The notes beneath the pieces are model-generated. The model searched no databases, was not told where the DNA came from, and worked only from the letters and a program-made list of their open reading frames with translations. A stretch of 64,000 nucleotides of DNA from positions 128,001 through 192,000 of the forward strand of contig OY762654.1 in assembly GCA_963666205.1 (NCBI GenBank). Direction: 5' to 3'. Position numbers and translations under genes: made by a program. Of the stretch, positions 11,064 to 20,273 are shown in pieces. Numbering within the stretch: the stretch's first letter is position 1; each line of letters begins with the position of its first letter. Source of the DNA: Synergistales bacterium (lineage in GTDB: Bacteria; Synergistota; Synergistia; Synergistales; JAFGMB01).

Positions 11064-12167
11064 TCATGCATTACCACGGAGAGATCTCCGTGCCCGTTCC
11101 TTGTCCTTGTATCTCTTCCATGCATGAAGGGCCAATGCGATTGCGATTATTCCATAGGAAACGAACACCCTGAAATATTCTCCAAGTTGGGCCTGACCTA
11201 TAAGATATTTACCGGCCATGGGAGAGACCACGAACATGAGATGGAAAAGAATAACACCCAGAAATACGTTGGGAATTGTCGCTTTTGCAACACTAGCTCC
11301 TCCAACCAGAAGTGCTGCTATAGCGAACATACCGGCTTGCTCATGGCTGTTATAAGTATTCATGGTGCCGATGTTCTGCAGGAAAATGATTTGGCCGTAA
11401 CATGCAAGAACTGTTGATATAACTATTGAGATTATTCTTGTTCTTTCAACTTCAATCCCCGCAGAGCGGGCTACATCCATGTCCTGCCCAACAGCTCTCA
11501 TATCCTGTCCAAGCTTAGTTTTCTTGAACCATACTACAAAAAGACAGAAGAGTCCTATCACTAGAAAGGTAGCCATAGGAACAGATACGCCTCCTATGCT
11601 GACGGGTATGAGATTATCCAGACATTTTCTTATCCCTTCGAGGTTAGTAACGTTTCTTATGCCGAATCCTCGGGAGAGAAGCAATTGCGGATTTCTTATT
11701 GGAACGATCTTACCGAAACCGTAAAGAACGACAAGCTGATAGACTCCGTTCATGAAAAATCCAAGAATGAAGGATGTTACCATTTCTCTTCCTTTTGCCC
11801 TGTTCAATATTGCTCCACACATCCATCCCAGAAGAATAGCAAGAGGGGTGGATATGATCATGGCAAGGAACATCCCCTGAATACCGAGTATGTTCCAGTC
11901 CGTTATGAGTATCAGCCCTATTTCTCCCGCCATGGCACCGAGAACCATTCCGAAGTTAAGTCCCATCCCGGCCATTATAGGTATAAGAAGGGATAGGACC
12001 AGGAAAGAGTCCCTGGAAAGTCTGACGAGCATTTCCTGAAGGAGATACTCGCCAGAAAATCTCGAAACAGGAATGGCAAGAACACTTAGCACGATGAAAA
12101 TAATGGGTACGGCATTACTGATAAGGAAGTGTTGCAGATTATCTTTAGTAAATATATTTTTACTCAT
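11064..12167 (-). CDS. ABC transporter permease (sugar/CUT2-like)
   Basis: Multi-TM; TKLGQDMRAVGQDMDVARSAGI loop. Confidence 0.88.
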   Translation of the reverse strand: MSKNIFTKDNLQHFLISNAVPIIFIVLSVLAIPVSRFSGEYLLQEMLVRLSRDSFLVLSLLIPIMAGMGLNFGMVLGAMAGEIGLILITDWNILGIQGMFLAMIISTPLAILLGWMCGAILNRAKGREMVTSFILGFFMNGVYQLVVLYGFGKIVPIRNPQLLLSRGFGIRNVTNLEGIRKCLDNLIPVSIGGVSVPMATFLVIGLFCLFVVWFKKTKLGQDMRAVGQDMDVARSAGIEVERTRIISIVISTVLACYGQIIFLQNIGTMNTYNSHEQAGMFAIAALLVGGASVAKATIPNVFLGVILFHLMFVVSPMAGKYLIGQAQLGEYFRVFVSYGIIAIALALHAWKRYKDKERARRSLRGNA

Positions 12168-13207
12168 GATTTCACCTTCACTACTCTGGTCAATGCATAG
12201 AGAATCATTCCGTTAGATACTATGATCCTTATGACCTCAGACATGTCAGTTTCTATCAGGCTATTTATTACAGACGGGGTCATGGTAAGAATTCCCTGGA
12301 AGAGGAATGTTCCGATCACTACATTCAGTATACTGGCTTTATGTACTGAAGCTCCGCCGATAAGTATGGCAGCTACTGCAGGAAAAGCCATGTAGAAGGG
12401 ACCCATGTAAAGCTGTATGAATCCAAAGCTCTGCTCATACATTATTATTCCTATGGCACCGAGAACAGTAGAAAGAATTACCGAAACAATTCTCATGCGG
12501 TCAACATCCACCCCTGCAGATCGAGCATACTCAGGATTTGAACCTACTGTGGTCATAGCTGTTCCCGTTTTGGTATGCATGAAAAGCCACATGAAAAAAC
12601 ACATGAAAGCAAAAAATATAAACATTCCTGTTGGACAGTAAAAAAAGTCCCCTAGATGAAAGGAACCTACATTACTTATGGCTTTTTCCCAATATCCTTC
12701 AACGGATATGGTAGTCCTAAGCCCAGTACCTGCGTATCCCCAGACCATGTTAGGGCTTTTGTATGGGAGCATCAGCCACATTATGCACATGAACGCGACA
12801 GAAGAAAAGCCAACATAAGTAGCAATCATCATTTCTCCACCCTTAACTTTGTTAAGGAGAACACCATAGGCAAAGCCTACAACAATTGCAACCGGGACTG
12901 CTATGGACATTGCGATAAGAATACCTGGAAGTCCGGTAACGCCCAGTTCTATGCTGGTTACCGCACCAATAAGACCTGCAATTATCCCAAGAGGTAAACC
13001 GAAATTCAAGCCGCATCCTGCCTGTATCATGGGAACCATGGCCAGGACCATTACACCGTTCATTCCGAATCTTACCAGGGTATCACTGATAGAAGTATCG
13101 ATCCGGACTCTGACAAAAGGGGCTACTATGAACAGTGAAAGCAGGAAAACTCCGATGATAACCCTTGGCCAACCTGCTTTTTCAATGAAGTTCAGTATTC
13201 TGTTCAT
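12164..13207 (-). CDS. ABC transporter permease (sugar/CUT2-like)
   Basis: Multi-TM; TKTGTAMTTVGSNPEYARSAGV loop; ATGA overlaps on both sides. Confidence 0.88.
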   Translation of the reverse strand: MNRILNFIEKAGWPRVIIGVFLLSLFIVAPFVRVRIDTSISDTLVRFGMNGVMVLAMVPMIQAGCGLNFGLPLGIIAGLIGAVTSIELGVTGLPGILIAMSIAVPVAIVVGFAYGVLLNKVKGGEMMIATYVGFSSVAFMCIMWLMLPYKSPNMVWGYAGTGLRTTISVEGYWEKAISNVGSFHLGDFFYCPTGMFIFFAFMCFFMWLFMHTKTGTAMTTVGSNPEYARSAGVDVDRMRIVSVILSTVLGAIGIIMYEQSFGFIQLYMGPFYMAFPAVAAILIGGASVHKASILNVVIGTFLFQGILTMTPSVINSLIETDMSEVIRIIVSNGMILYALTRVVKVKS

Positions 13208-14832
13208 GATGCCTTCTCACTTTCTGATCCGTTTTCGACTTTACCGAGCATGAGTATGCCGAATTCTGTGGATTCTGATGTTGCCGGTAAAATACCGGCT
13301 ATCTTTCCTTCATTAACTATGGCTATGCGATCACATATGGATCTGAGTTCTTCCAGTTCTGATGAGATCATTACTATAGTGGTTCCATATTTTTTGTTGT
13401 AGTTTTTAAGAGTATCCAGAACAACCCTTTTGGCTCCCACATCGATACCTCTAGTTGGTTCTGCAACAAAAAGAAGTTTTGGACGGGTCGCAAAAGCCTT
13501 TGCAAGGCAGACTTTCTGCTGGTTACCTCCAGAAAGTTCCTGGACTTGCTGGTTTTCGCTGACACACTTTATCTCAAGGGCTTCAATATAATAGCGTGTG
13601 CATTCATTTATCGCTTTCGTGTCCCTTATTCTGAGCATGCCACCAAGATATGATTTAAGGAATTTGTTCTGCATCTGAAGGGCTGTAAATGTAACATTCC
13701 AGGAAATAGGTTCTTCAAGAAGGAGCCCCACTCCTCTTCGGTCTTCAAATACTGCTGATAGTCCTTTACTAAGAGCTGATCTCGGATCATTGAGTATGAT
13801 CTCTTCGTCCTCAAAAGATACAGAACCACCAGAAGCGAACATTCCCATTATCCCGTTAGCTATTCCCAGCTTGCCCTGTCCAGCCAATCCTCCAATTCCA
13901 AAAATCTCTCCCCTGTAAATATCAAGAGAAACATTTCGAACCGTTTCACCTGGCATATCTACCCAGAGGTTTTTGACTTTAAGAATAGGTCTGGTCTGGC
14001 TACGGTCCAGGTTTTCTGAGACTCTCGTAAAAGCTGAATCAATGTTCCTACCAACCATATGAGATGCAATGTCTTTGATACTTGTCTGGACAGGTATAGT
14101 TTCTTCAACAACTTCACCGTCTCTCAGAACAATGATTTTGTCACATATCTCCATGATTTCCTGAAGTCTGTGGGATATAAATATAATGGCTATACCGAGT
14201 AGGGAAAGCCTTTTCATTGACTTGAGCAATATCTCGGCTTCTGATTCGGTAAGAACTGCTGTGGGTTCATCAAGTACAAGGATCTGAGTGTGTTCCTTGT
14301 CGATTTCCCTGGCAATTTCAGTGAACTGTTTATGGCCAACCGGCATTTCTGTTACAAGGGTCTCATCATTAAGTTGAACGTTGAGTTTTTCTATGGCTGC
14401 CTGTGCCCGTTCTTTCATCTTGTTTCTATCAAGGGTCCTTAGTCGTTCTCCGAAGGATTCGACAAGTATATTGTATTTAGTAGATTCCCTGTTAAGTACT
14501 ATGTTTTCTGCCGCAGTGAAGCCAGGTATAAGGGAAAATTCCTGATGAACCATCCCGATCCCTGCTTCAAGAGCATCCATGGGATTTTCGAAATGGATCT
14601 CTTTATTGTTTATCAAGACCCTTCCTTCATAACCTCCAGTTTCATGTATTACCTGCATTCCAAAGAGGATGTTCATAAGAGTGGACTTTCCTGCCCCGTT
14701 TTCGCCAACAAGTCCCAGAATTTCTCCCTTTTCGAGCGTAAAGTTGACATTTTTCAGAACACGGTTTCCGAAATATGCTTTCCCTATTCCCTCCATTTTC
14801 AATAATGGCCCCAGTGATGCCAAAGATATCAC
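13204..14832 (-). CDS. ABC transporter ATP-binding protein, tandem NBDs (CUT2 type)
   Basis: GENGAGKST, LDEPT, LSGGNQQK and EPTRGIDVGAK. Confidence 0.92.
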   Translation of the reverse strand: MISLASLGPLLKMEGIGKAYFGNRVLKNVNFTLEKGEILGLVGENGAGKSTLMNILFGMQVIHETGGYEGRVLINNKEIHFENPMDALEAGIGMVHQEFSLIPGFTAAENIVLNRESTKYNILVESFGERLRTLDRNKMKERAQAAIEKLNVQLNDETLVTEMPVGHKQFTEIAREIDKEHTQILVLDEPTAVLTESEAEILLKSMKRLSLLGIAIIFISHRLQEIMEICDKIIVLRDGEVVEETIPVQTSIKDIASHMVGRNIDSAFTRVSENLDRSQTRPILKVKNLWVDMPGETVRNVSLDIYRGEIFGIGGLAGQGKLGIANGIMGMFASGGSVSFEDEEIILNDPRSALSKGLSAVFEDRRGVGLLLEEPISWNVTFTALQMQNKFLKSYLGGMLRIRDTKAINECTRYYIEALEIKCVSENQQVQELSGGNQQKVCLAKAFATRPKLLFVAEPTRGIDVGAKRVVLDTLKNYNKKYGTTIVMISSELEELRSICDRIAIVNEGKIAGILPATSESTEFGILMLGKVENGSESEKAS

Positions 14833-14942
14833 CTCTTTATTTTTGCCGGATTAAATTTGATAACCAGAAATGTGTAAAGTCTTGCCACATGATTCCGGCA
14901 TGAATTGGTATATGGAAAATCTGAAAGGGCAGATTCTAAAAT

Positions 14943-14973
14943 AAAAAAGGGGAGTACAAGAAAACTCCCCTTT
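14943..14973 (-). terminator. Terminator/stabilizer hairpin after the binding-protein gene
   Basis: aaaggggagt ... actccccttt with a T-tract on the minus strand. Confidence 0.7.
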
Positions 14974-14992
14974 ACAGTTCGAGAATAGAATT

Positions 14993-16201
14993 CTATTTTA
15001 TTGTGAAATACTTTTCAGGGACTTCAACCTCAGTCATATTAAGGTAACCGAGACCAAATACATATGTATCCTGATACACCAGAATGTGATTCTTCTTTTT
15101 TACTCCTGTTTGGAGATCAGTATAAATACTGCCATTCCATTCTGCACCAGGGGTGAACTTTCCGTAGGTCTCGAAAAGTTCTGTTGGTTTAAAGCTTTTC
15201 TTAAAGGTTGTTGCATCGACACCTTTTTCAAGCATAATCTTTGCAAATTCTCCCAAAGCGGCAGTATTTGTATAACCATAGGAGAAAGCCCATGTACCCA
15301 TTCTCTTGGCTCCGCCTTTTTCAATAACAGCCTCTTCCACTCTCTTGAGAATAGCAGGCCAATCTCCTTTGACATCTGAGAGTTCAATGCCAAGAGCTCC
15401 TGGATATCCCATGAGGGGAGATGGCAGATCAGCTTCTACGAAATATCCACCGCCTTCAGCTACTCTTTTAAGCAACGGCTCAGTATGGGCATCATTGGTA
15501 CAGAAAAAAGCTGTCTCCTTGCCATATTTGTCAAGCCATGCAGGTACTTTTTCCAGGATAAACTGCTGGGCTCCAGCGACACCTACGTCACTGGTTGGAT
15601 CTGGGGCTGTTTCAAAGTGGAAGTCTATGCCAAGATCATTGCAGGCTTCTTCCATGATATTACGTCTTCTGGACAGAAGTTCGTAGCTCATATGTCTAGG
15701 AAATGAAATGTGAACGAAATGCTTAGCTCCCATTTTCTTTGCTGCTGCGATTATAAGATATCCTCTCGCTATGTTATCCGCATTGATTACAAGGTCTGCC
15801 GCAGACTCAATTACACCTGGATCTTCATGTGCTTCCCCCGCTATCAGAAGTATATCTGGGCGTTTTTCTCGTATTCTCCTGAATCCTTCAGTAGTTCCAG
15901 GAATAGCCTGGTTCACGATCACTGCTTTCATAAGCGGATCATCTGCCAGAGATGCGATCTGTGAAATAGTCGTTTCCATTTCTGTCATGAAATTATCAGG
16001 ATAGGTTATGTGCTGGATCATTCCACCATCCTGAACAGTTCCATACATTTCAATAAGTTTTTCTGCTCCTCTGAGGTCATCCTCTGACTGTGATACTGTT
16101 CCGGTACAGATTCCGATGTGGAAAGGTGCAGCTGCAATAGCTCCACCAGCCAGAACCAATACAAATGCCACACTTATCATGAGCGCTACAATTCTTTTCA
16201 T
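14993..16201 (-). CDS. DUF3798-type ABC substrate-binding protein
   Basis: Signal peptide ending AIA; TGTVSQSED, ISFPRHMSYE, APDPTSDVG and FCTNDA motifs; AGGAGG RBS. Confidence 0.82.
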   Translation of the reverse strand: MKRIVALMISVAFVLVLAGGAIAAAPFHIGICTGTVSQSEDDLRGAEKLIEMYGTVQDGGMIQHITYPDNFMTEMETTISQIASLADDPLMKAVIVNQAIPGTTEGFRRIREKRPDILLIAGEAHEDPGVIESAADLVINADNIARGYLIIAAAKKMGAKHFVHISFPRHMSYELLSRRRNIMEEACNDLGIDFHFETAPDPTSDVGVAGAQQFILEKVPAWLDKYGKETAFFCTNDAHTEPLLKRVAEGGGYFVEADLPSPLMGYPGALGIELSDVKGDWPAILKRVEEAVIEKGGAKRMGTWAFSYGYTNTAALGEFAKIMLEKGVDATTFKKSFKPTELFETYGKFTPGAEWNGSIYTDLQTGVKKKNHILVYQDTYVFGLGYLNMTEVEVPEKYFTIK

Positions 16202-16396
16202 TACCTGGCCCCCTCCTTAAATATTGTACTCAAAAACTTGTTTAAGAGTATAATAGATATCAGCCCTTGTCAACAAGAATAGAGCCATAAAGCCTGTATC
16301 CATAAGGTTTTACAGTAAACCAGGGTAAAGGAATCCAAAAACAGTGAACATTAATTTAGATATGTCAGGTCTCAAGAATAAATGGGGAAAAGGGGA

Positions 16397-16422
16397 AAAT
16401 AAAAACCCGTCCTATGGACGGG
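16397..16422 (-). terminator. Terminator of the tRNA cluster
   Basis: cccgtcc-ata-ggacggg followed by tttttattt. Confidence 0.75.
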
Positions 16423-16430
16423 GTAAGATT

Positions 16431-16506
16431 TGGTGGGTCATACAGGAATCGAACCTGTAACCCCCTGATTAAGAGTCAGGTGCTCTGCCAATTGAGCTAA
16501 TGACCC
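16431..16506 (-). tRNA. tRNA-Lys(CTT)
   Basis: Anticodon arm cctga-ctcttaa-tcagg; CCA encoded. Confidence 0.96.
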
Positions 16507-16524
16507 ATTATGTACTTATTCTTG

Positions 16525-16601
16525 TGGCGCGCCCGGCAGGATTCGAACCCGCGACCCTCGGCTCCGAAGGCCGATGCTCTATCCAGCTGAGCTACAGGCG
16601 C
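16525..16601 (-). tRNA. tRNA-Arg(TCG)
   Basis: Anticodon arm tcggc-cttcgga-gccga; CCA encoded. Confidence 0.96.
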
Positions 16602-16615
16602 TCATCAGATGAAGT

Positions 16616-16693
16616 TGGGGTGAGTGAGGGGACTTGAACCCCCAACCCCTGGAACCACAATCCAGTGCTCTGACCAGTTGAGCTACACCCACC
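16616..16693 (-). tRNA. tRNA-His(GTG)
   Basis: Anticodon arm ctgga-ttgtggt-tccag; encoded G-1 and C73; CCA. Confidence 0.95.
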
Positions 16694-16708
16694 GTAAATC
16701 TGGAATAA

Positions 16709-16785
16709 TGGCGCGCCCGGCAGGATTCGAACCCGCGACCCTCGGCTTAGAAGGCCGATGCTCTATCCGGCTGAGCTACAGGCGC
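16709..16785 (-). tRNA. tRNA-Arg(TCT)
   Basis: Anticodon arm tcggc-cttctaa-gccga; CCA encoded. Confidence 0.96.
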
Positions 16786-16795
16786 CCTTTAAAAA

Positions 16796-16870
16796 TGGAG
16801 CGGAAAACGGGACTCGAACCCGCAACCCCCAGCTTGGAAGGCTAGTGCTCTACCATTGAGCTATTTCCGC
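16796..16870 (-). tRNA. tRNA-Gly(TCC)
   Basis: Anticodon arm ctagc-cttccaa-gctgg; CCA encoded. Confidence 0.96.
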
Positions 16871-16886
16871 TTTTTTAACTTTAAAA

Positions 16887-16964
16887 TGGTCGGGGCGAAA
16901 GGATTCGAACCTTCGACCCCCTGCTCCCAAAGCAGGTGCGCTAACCAGACTGCGCTACGCCCCG
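16887..16964 (-). tRNA. tRNA-Pro(TGG)
   Basis: Anticodon arm cctgc-tttggga-gcagg; CCA encoded. Confidence 0.96.
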
Positions 16965-17005
16965 ATATTCTATAAGACTTTCCAATAATTCGCAAGTACT
17001 ATTTC

Positions 17006-17080
17006 TGGTGGAGCTGGGGGGATTTGAACCCCCGGCCTCTTCCGTGCGAAGGAAGCGCGCTCCCCCTGCGCTACAGCCCC
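17006..17080 (-). tRNA. tRNA-Ala(CGC)
   Basis: Anticodon arm cttcc-ttcgcac-ggaag; G3:U70 identity pair; CCA. Confidence 0.95.
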
Positions 17081-17098
17081 ATCTGAGTGACGGCGACA

Positions 17099-17127
17099 AT
17101 TGTAGTAATGCTGAGCCGACTTGTCAA
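17099..17127 (-). promoter_or_regulatory. Sigma70 promoter of the tRNA cluster
   Basis: TTGACA-17 nt-TACAAT, 18 nt upstream of tRNA-Ala. Confidence 0.8.
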
Positions 17128-17180
17128 GTCATGCGAAAGAAGTTAGTGTATTATTAATAATAAATCAGGAGGTATATTGA

Positions 17181-18854
17181 TTGAACTATGGACCTGAACT
17201 AGTGTATTTCTGGGCAAGATCCCTCAAACAACACTATATACCATCATTCATTGACCGAATAGAAGGTGGTGAACACTGGGTAGCATTAAAACTTTCACAT
17301 TCCAGAAACTGGTTGTTCCTTTCCTGGCATTCCGTTACTAATGGATGTTGTATTGTAAACAAAGAAGATATAGATCCCCTTATTGAAAACTCAAAAAGAG
17401 CCGATCCGGTGCTACTCTTTTTAAAAAAACATATTTTAAGATCAAGGCTGGTTAATGTTGAACAGGCTTATGGAGACAGGATACTTGCGCTTTACTTCGA
17501 GAGAACTCTTGGAGCTGGTTTCAGAACTGGGTTAACTCTCAATCTTGAGTGTACTGGCAGCAGATCGAATATGATACTCATAGATGACAATAATATTATT
17601 AGGGAAACCGCGAGGCATATTAACCCGGAGATTAACCGTTACCGAACTATTTTACCCGGAATCTCTTATTGCCCACCGCCCCCTTTCAAAGGTCTGGAAC
17701 TGGGAGATCTGTCATGTAATGAACTTAAAGGTTCTCTTTCAAGGCTAAAGGGGGTCGGAACTCCTCTGAGCAGGTTAATCTTGCGTTTGTGGGATACACG
17801 TGAACCACAAGAGTGGATGAGCCTGCTGAAGTTAATCTTCGATACCCATGTACCACTCTCGGATTTCAGTCTCATCCGTTGTGGTAACTACGTTACAGTA
17901 TTTCCCGAAATACTGGAGGGTTGCGAACGCTTAAGTAAGGATATTCTCAAGGGAAGCAGATCTATGATATCTGAGTTGATGACAGACAGAACCAGAATGA
18001 AACTTTATAAGCAGAGTTGTGACATTCTTGATATCTTGATTCAAAGGAAGCAAAAGCACATGGAGGGTCTTCTTAACCAGATTAACAATGCTGGAAGGGC
18101 GGATTTCTATAAAATGGCTGGTGAATTACTGATGGCTAATTCTTACCGACTCAAAAAAGGGATAACACAGGTTCAATTGTCATCCTGGGATGACCCTGCC
18201 ATGGTTGTGGATCTAACGCTTGACCCTCGTCTCTCAATAATTCAGAATGCCCAGAAATATTTCAGAAAGTTTAAAAAAACAACCGTGTCTCATCCTGAAC
18301 AGATCGAAGCAAAGGTAGCTGGTCTCAGAGCCTCAATACAAGAGTTAAATGAGCAGAAAGAATTGTTAGGAATGATTGACGACACGATCCTCCTTCGTGA
18401 AGCAGCTCAGGATATTTCCGGTTGGATTAGTGGTACAGATAAAAAAAGACCACGGTCCAAAAAGTATATCCCTCCACATATCAGACTTAATCTTAATAAA
18501 CACCAGATCCTTGTCGGAGTCAATGCAAAGGGTAATAGATATGTGACTTTTCGTCTTGCCCACGCACAGGATCTATGGTTTCATGTGCATGAAATACCTG
18601 GAGCTCACGTGATACTCAAGGAAATTGAACAATCTGATACTTCCGAAACTGAAACTGCTATTAAGGTTGCTGCTTCTCTTGCAGCGTATTACAGCAGGGC
18701 AAAAAAAACGCTTAAAGTCCAGATAGACTACACCGAAAAGAAAAATGTAAGACATATTTCAGGAAGTGGAATAGCTCATGTTACATATAGCAATCCTGAA
18801 ACAATATTGATTAGCCCTGATCTATGGAAAGAGTATTTTGCAGATAAACAATAA
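17181..18854 (+). CDS. rqcH: Rqc2/RqcH (NFACT, FbpA-like) ribosome quality control protein
   Basis: DRIL, SNMILID, YRTILPG, NAQKYF, DLWFH and PGAHV motifs; TTG behind AGGAGG. Confidence 0.85.
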   Translation: MNYGPELVYFWARSLKQHYIPSFIDRIEGGEHWVALKLSHSRNWLFLSWHSVTNGCCIVNKEDIDPLIENSKRADPVLLFLKKHILRSRLVNVEQAYGDRILALYFERTLGAGFRTGLTLNLECTGSRSNMILIDDNNIIRETARHINPEINRYRTILPGISYCPPPPFKGLELGDLSCNELKGSLSRLKGVGTPLSRLILRLWDTREPQEWMSLLKLIFDTHVPLSDFSLIRCGNYVTVFPEILEGCERLSKDILKGSRSMISELMTDRTRMKLYKQSCDILDILIQRKQKHMEGLLNQINNAGRADFYKMAGELLMANSYRLKKGITQVQLSSWDDPAMVVDLTLDPRLSIIQNAQKYFRKFKKTTVSHPEQIEAKVAGLRASIQELNEQKELLGMIDDTILLREAAQDISGWISGTDKKRPRSKKYIPPHIRLNLNKHQILVGVNAKGNRYVTFRLAHAQDLWFHVHEIPGAHVILKEIEQSDTSETETAIKVAASLAAYYSRAKKTLKVQIDYTEKKNVRHISGSGIAHVTYSNPETILISPDLWKEYFADKQ

Positions 18855-19863
18855 GCTCAGGTGGTAGGGGTTGAGTGAAATACAGCCTTTTCAGCGTTAC
18901 TGGATGAATAAAACCCAGTTTCCAGGAATGAAGAAAGACCCTACCCATTTCCTGGTAAGAGATATTTCTCCCCCCGTACAGGATATCGCCAGCAAGTGGA
19001 CATCCTATGTATCGTAAATGCACTCTTATCTGGTGAGTCCTGCCAGTAAGAAGGGTGCATTCTAGAAGGCTATGATTATTGCAGGACCATAGAACCCTGT
19101 ACAATGTTCTTGACTCCCGACCTGTAGATAAGATAGCCATCCTTTTCCTATTTCGCGGGTCTCGTCCAATGGGAAGATCGATGAGACCCTCCTTGTGCGA
19201 TGGAACACCTCTGGTCAATGCAAGGTATTTCTTTATTACAGACCTCGCTTTAAATTGGGCCTGAAGTCCTTCCATAGACTGCTGATCACGGGCTATTATC
19301 ATTAGACCGGAGGTAGACTGGTCTAAACGATGAACGATCCCGGGCCTTATCACATTATTGAATAATCCTATTTCTGGGTATCTGTAAATAAGTCCATGAA
19401 CCAGTGTCCCATGCCAGTTTCCCGGAGCGGGATGTACCACTATCCCTGCAGGCTTGTTAATCACAAGGATAGAGCCATCTTCATACAGTACATCAAAAGG
19501 TACTGGTTCAGGAGTTACCTGAAGATTTTCAACCGGGGGGATGGTTACCGTGATCTGTTGTCCTGACTGGACTCTGTTTGATTGTTTTAACCGTATTTGT
19601 TGATCATTGACTACGTTACCATCTTTTATAAGGTGTTGAACGAAAGATCTGCTAAGACCCATAACATTTGAGAGGTAAATATCCAGACGTTGGCCAGCAT
19701 TTACAGATTCTGGACTGATCTTGCAGAAAGTTACTTTTGTTTCGTTTTCATCGATAGGGCCAGGGTCGCTATCGTTCAGGATCCATAAAGAATCTCCACC
19801 TTCGTCTGGACAGGGAACGTTCATTGCATCATTATTTTTCTGTTCTGTCATTCTTTTCGTCAT
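18811..19863 (-). CDS. rluD: RluA-family pseudouridine synthase (RluD-like); start uncertain, possibly 19824
   Basis: S4 domain (RLDIYL...SRS), NKPAGIVVHP, HRLD, GRTHQIRVH. Confidence 0.9.
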   Translation of the reverse strand: MTKRMTEQKNNDAMNVPCPDEGGDSLWILNDSDPGPIDENETKVTFCKISPESVNAGQRLDIYLSNVMGLSRSFVQHLIKDGNVVNDQQIRLKQSNRVQSGQQITVTIPPVENLQVTPEPVPFDVLYEDGSILVINKPAGIVVHPAPGNWHGTLVHGLIYRYPEIGLFNNVIRPGIVHRLDQSTSGLMIIARDQQSMEGLQAQFKARSVIKKYLALTRGVPSHKEGLIDLPIGRDPRNRKRMAILSTGRESRTLYRVLWSCNNHSLLECTLLTGRTHQIRVHLRYIGCPLAGDILYGGRNISYQEMGRVFLHSWKLGFIHPVTLKRLYFTQPLPPELIVYLQNTLSIDQG

Positions 19864-20206
19864 TTTCTTTGCAGGATTTGCAGTACCGTGCCCAAGGTTT
19901 TACAAGAAGTCTCTGGATTTCTATAGGCTTTAAACACCTTTCACATATACCGTATTTTTCAGCAGAATTATCCAGTTTATACAAAGCGTGTCTAACAATG
20001 GACAGTTCATTCGCTACAGTTAACATTTCTGCTGTAGTAGATTCTCTTTCAGTGAGATCACTTGCAATATCGACAAAATCTTTATTTTCATTAACTCCAG
20101 AACCAGACTTATCCATTTTCCCTGTTACCTGGATCAGTCTATCCATCAAGGCAACTAGTTCGCTCTCCCTGTTTTTGAGATTTACCCTGATCTCGTGAGT
20201 ACCCAT
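19832..20206 (-). CDS. TraR/DksA C4-type zinc finger protein
   Basis: DFVDIA (DxxDxA) coiled-coil tip; YGICERC...RL...P.ARYCKSC; GGAGG RBS. Confidence 0.88.
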   Translation of the reverse strand: MGTHEIRVNLKNRESELVALMDRLIQVTGKMDKSGSGVNENKDFVDIASDLTERESTTAEMLTVANELSIVRHALYKLDNSAEKYGICERCLKPIEIQRLLVKPWARYCKSCKENDEKNDRTEK

Positions 20207-20226
20207 TAGTTGATTACCTCCAGATC

Positions 20227-20261
20227 TGTCAGAGCCAGGAACTATAAACCCGGCTCTGACA
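20227..20261. other. Intergenic hairpin between ileS and the dksA-like gene
   Basis: tgtcagagcc(agg) ... (ccc)ggctctgaca. No downstream U-tract on the coding strand, so probably not a terminator. Confidence 0.5.
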
Positions 20262-20273
20262 AAAATCCTTTTT

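Noticed and set aside
16247..16273. TTGACA...TATACT promoter for the DUF3798 operon
   Set aside because: The spacing is only 15 nt. A promoter is likely here, but the register cannot be fixed.
16624..16845. 73-aa plus-strand ORF, and similar ORFs at 10198-10383 and 26498-26713
   Set aside because: Shadow ORFs lying over tRNA genes.
16431..17080. Repeated units resembling a CRISPR array
   Set aside because: The units are tRNA cloverleaves with CCA ends; no cas genes.
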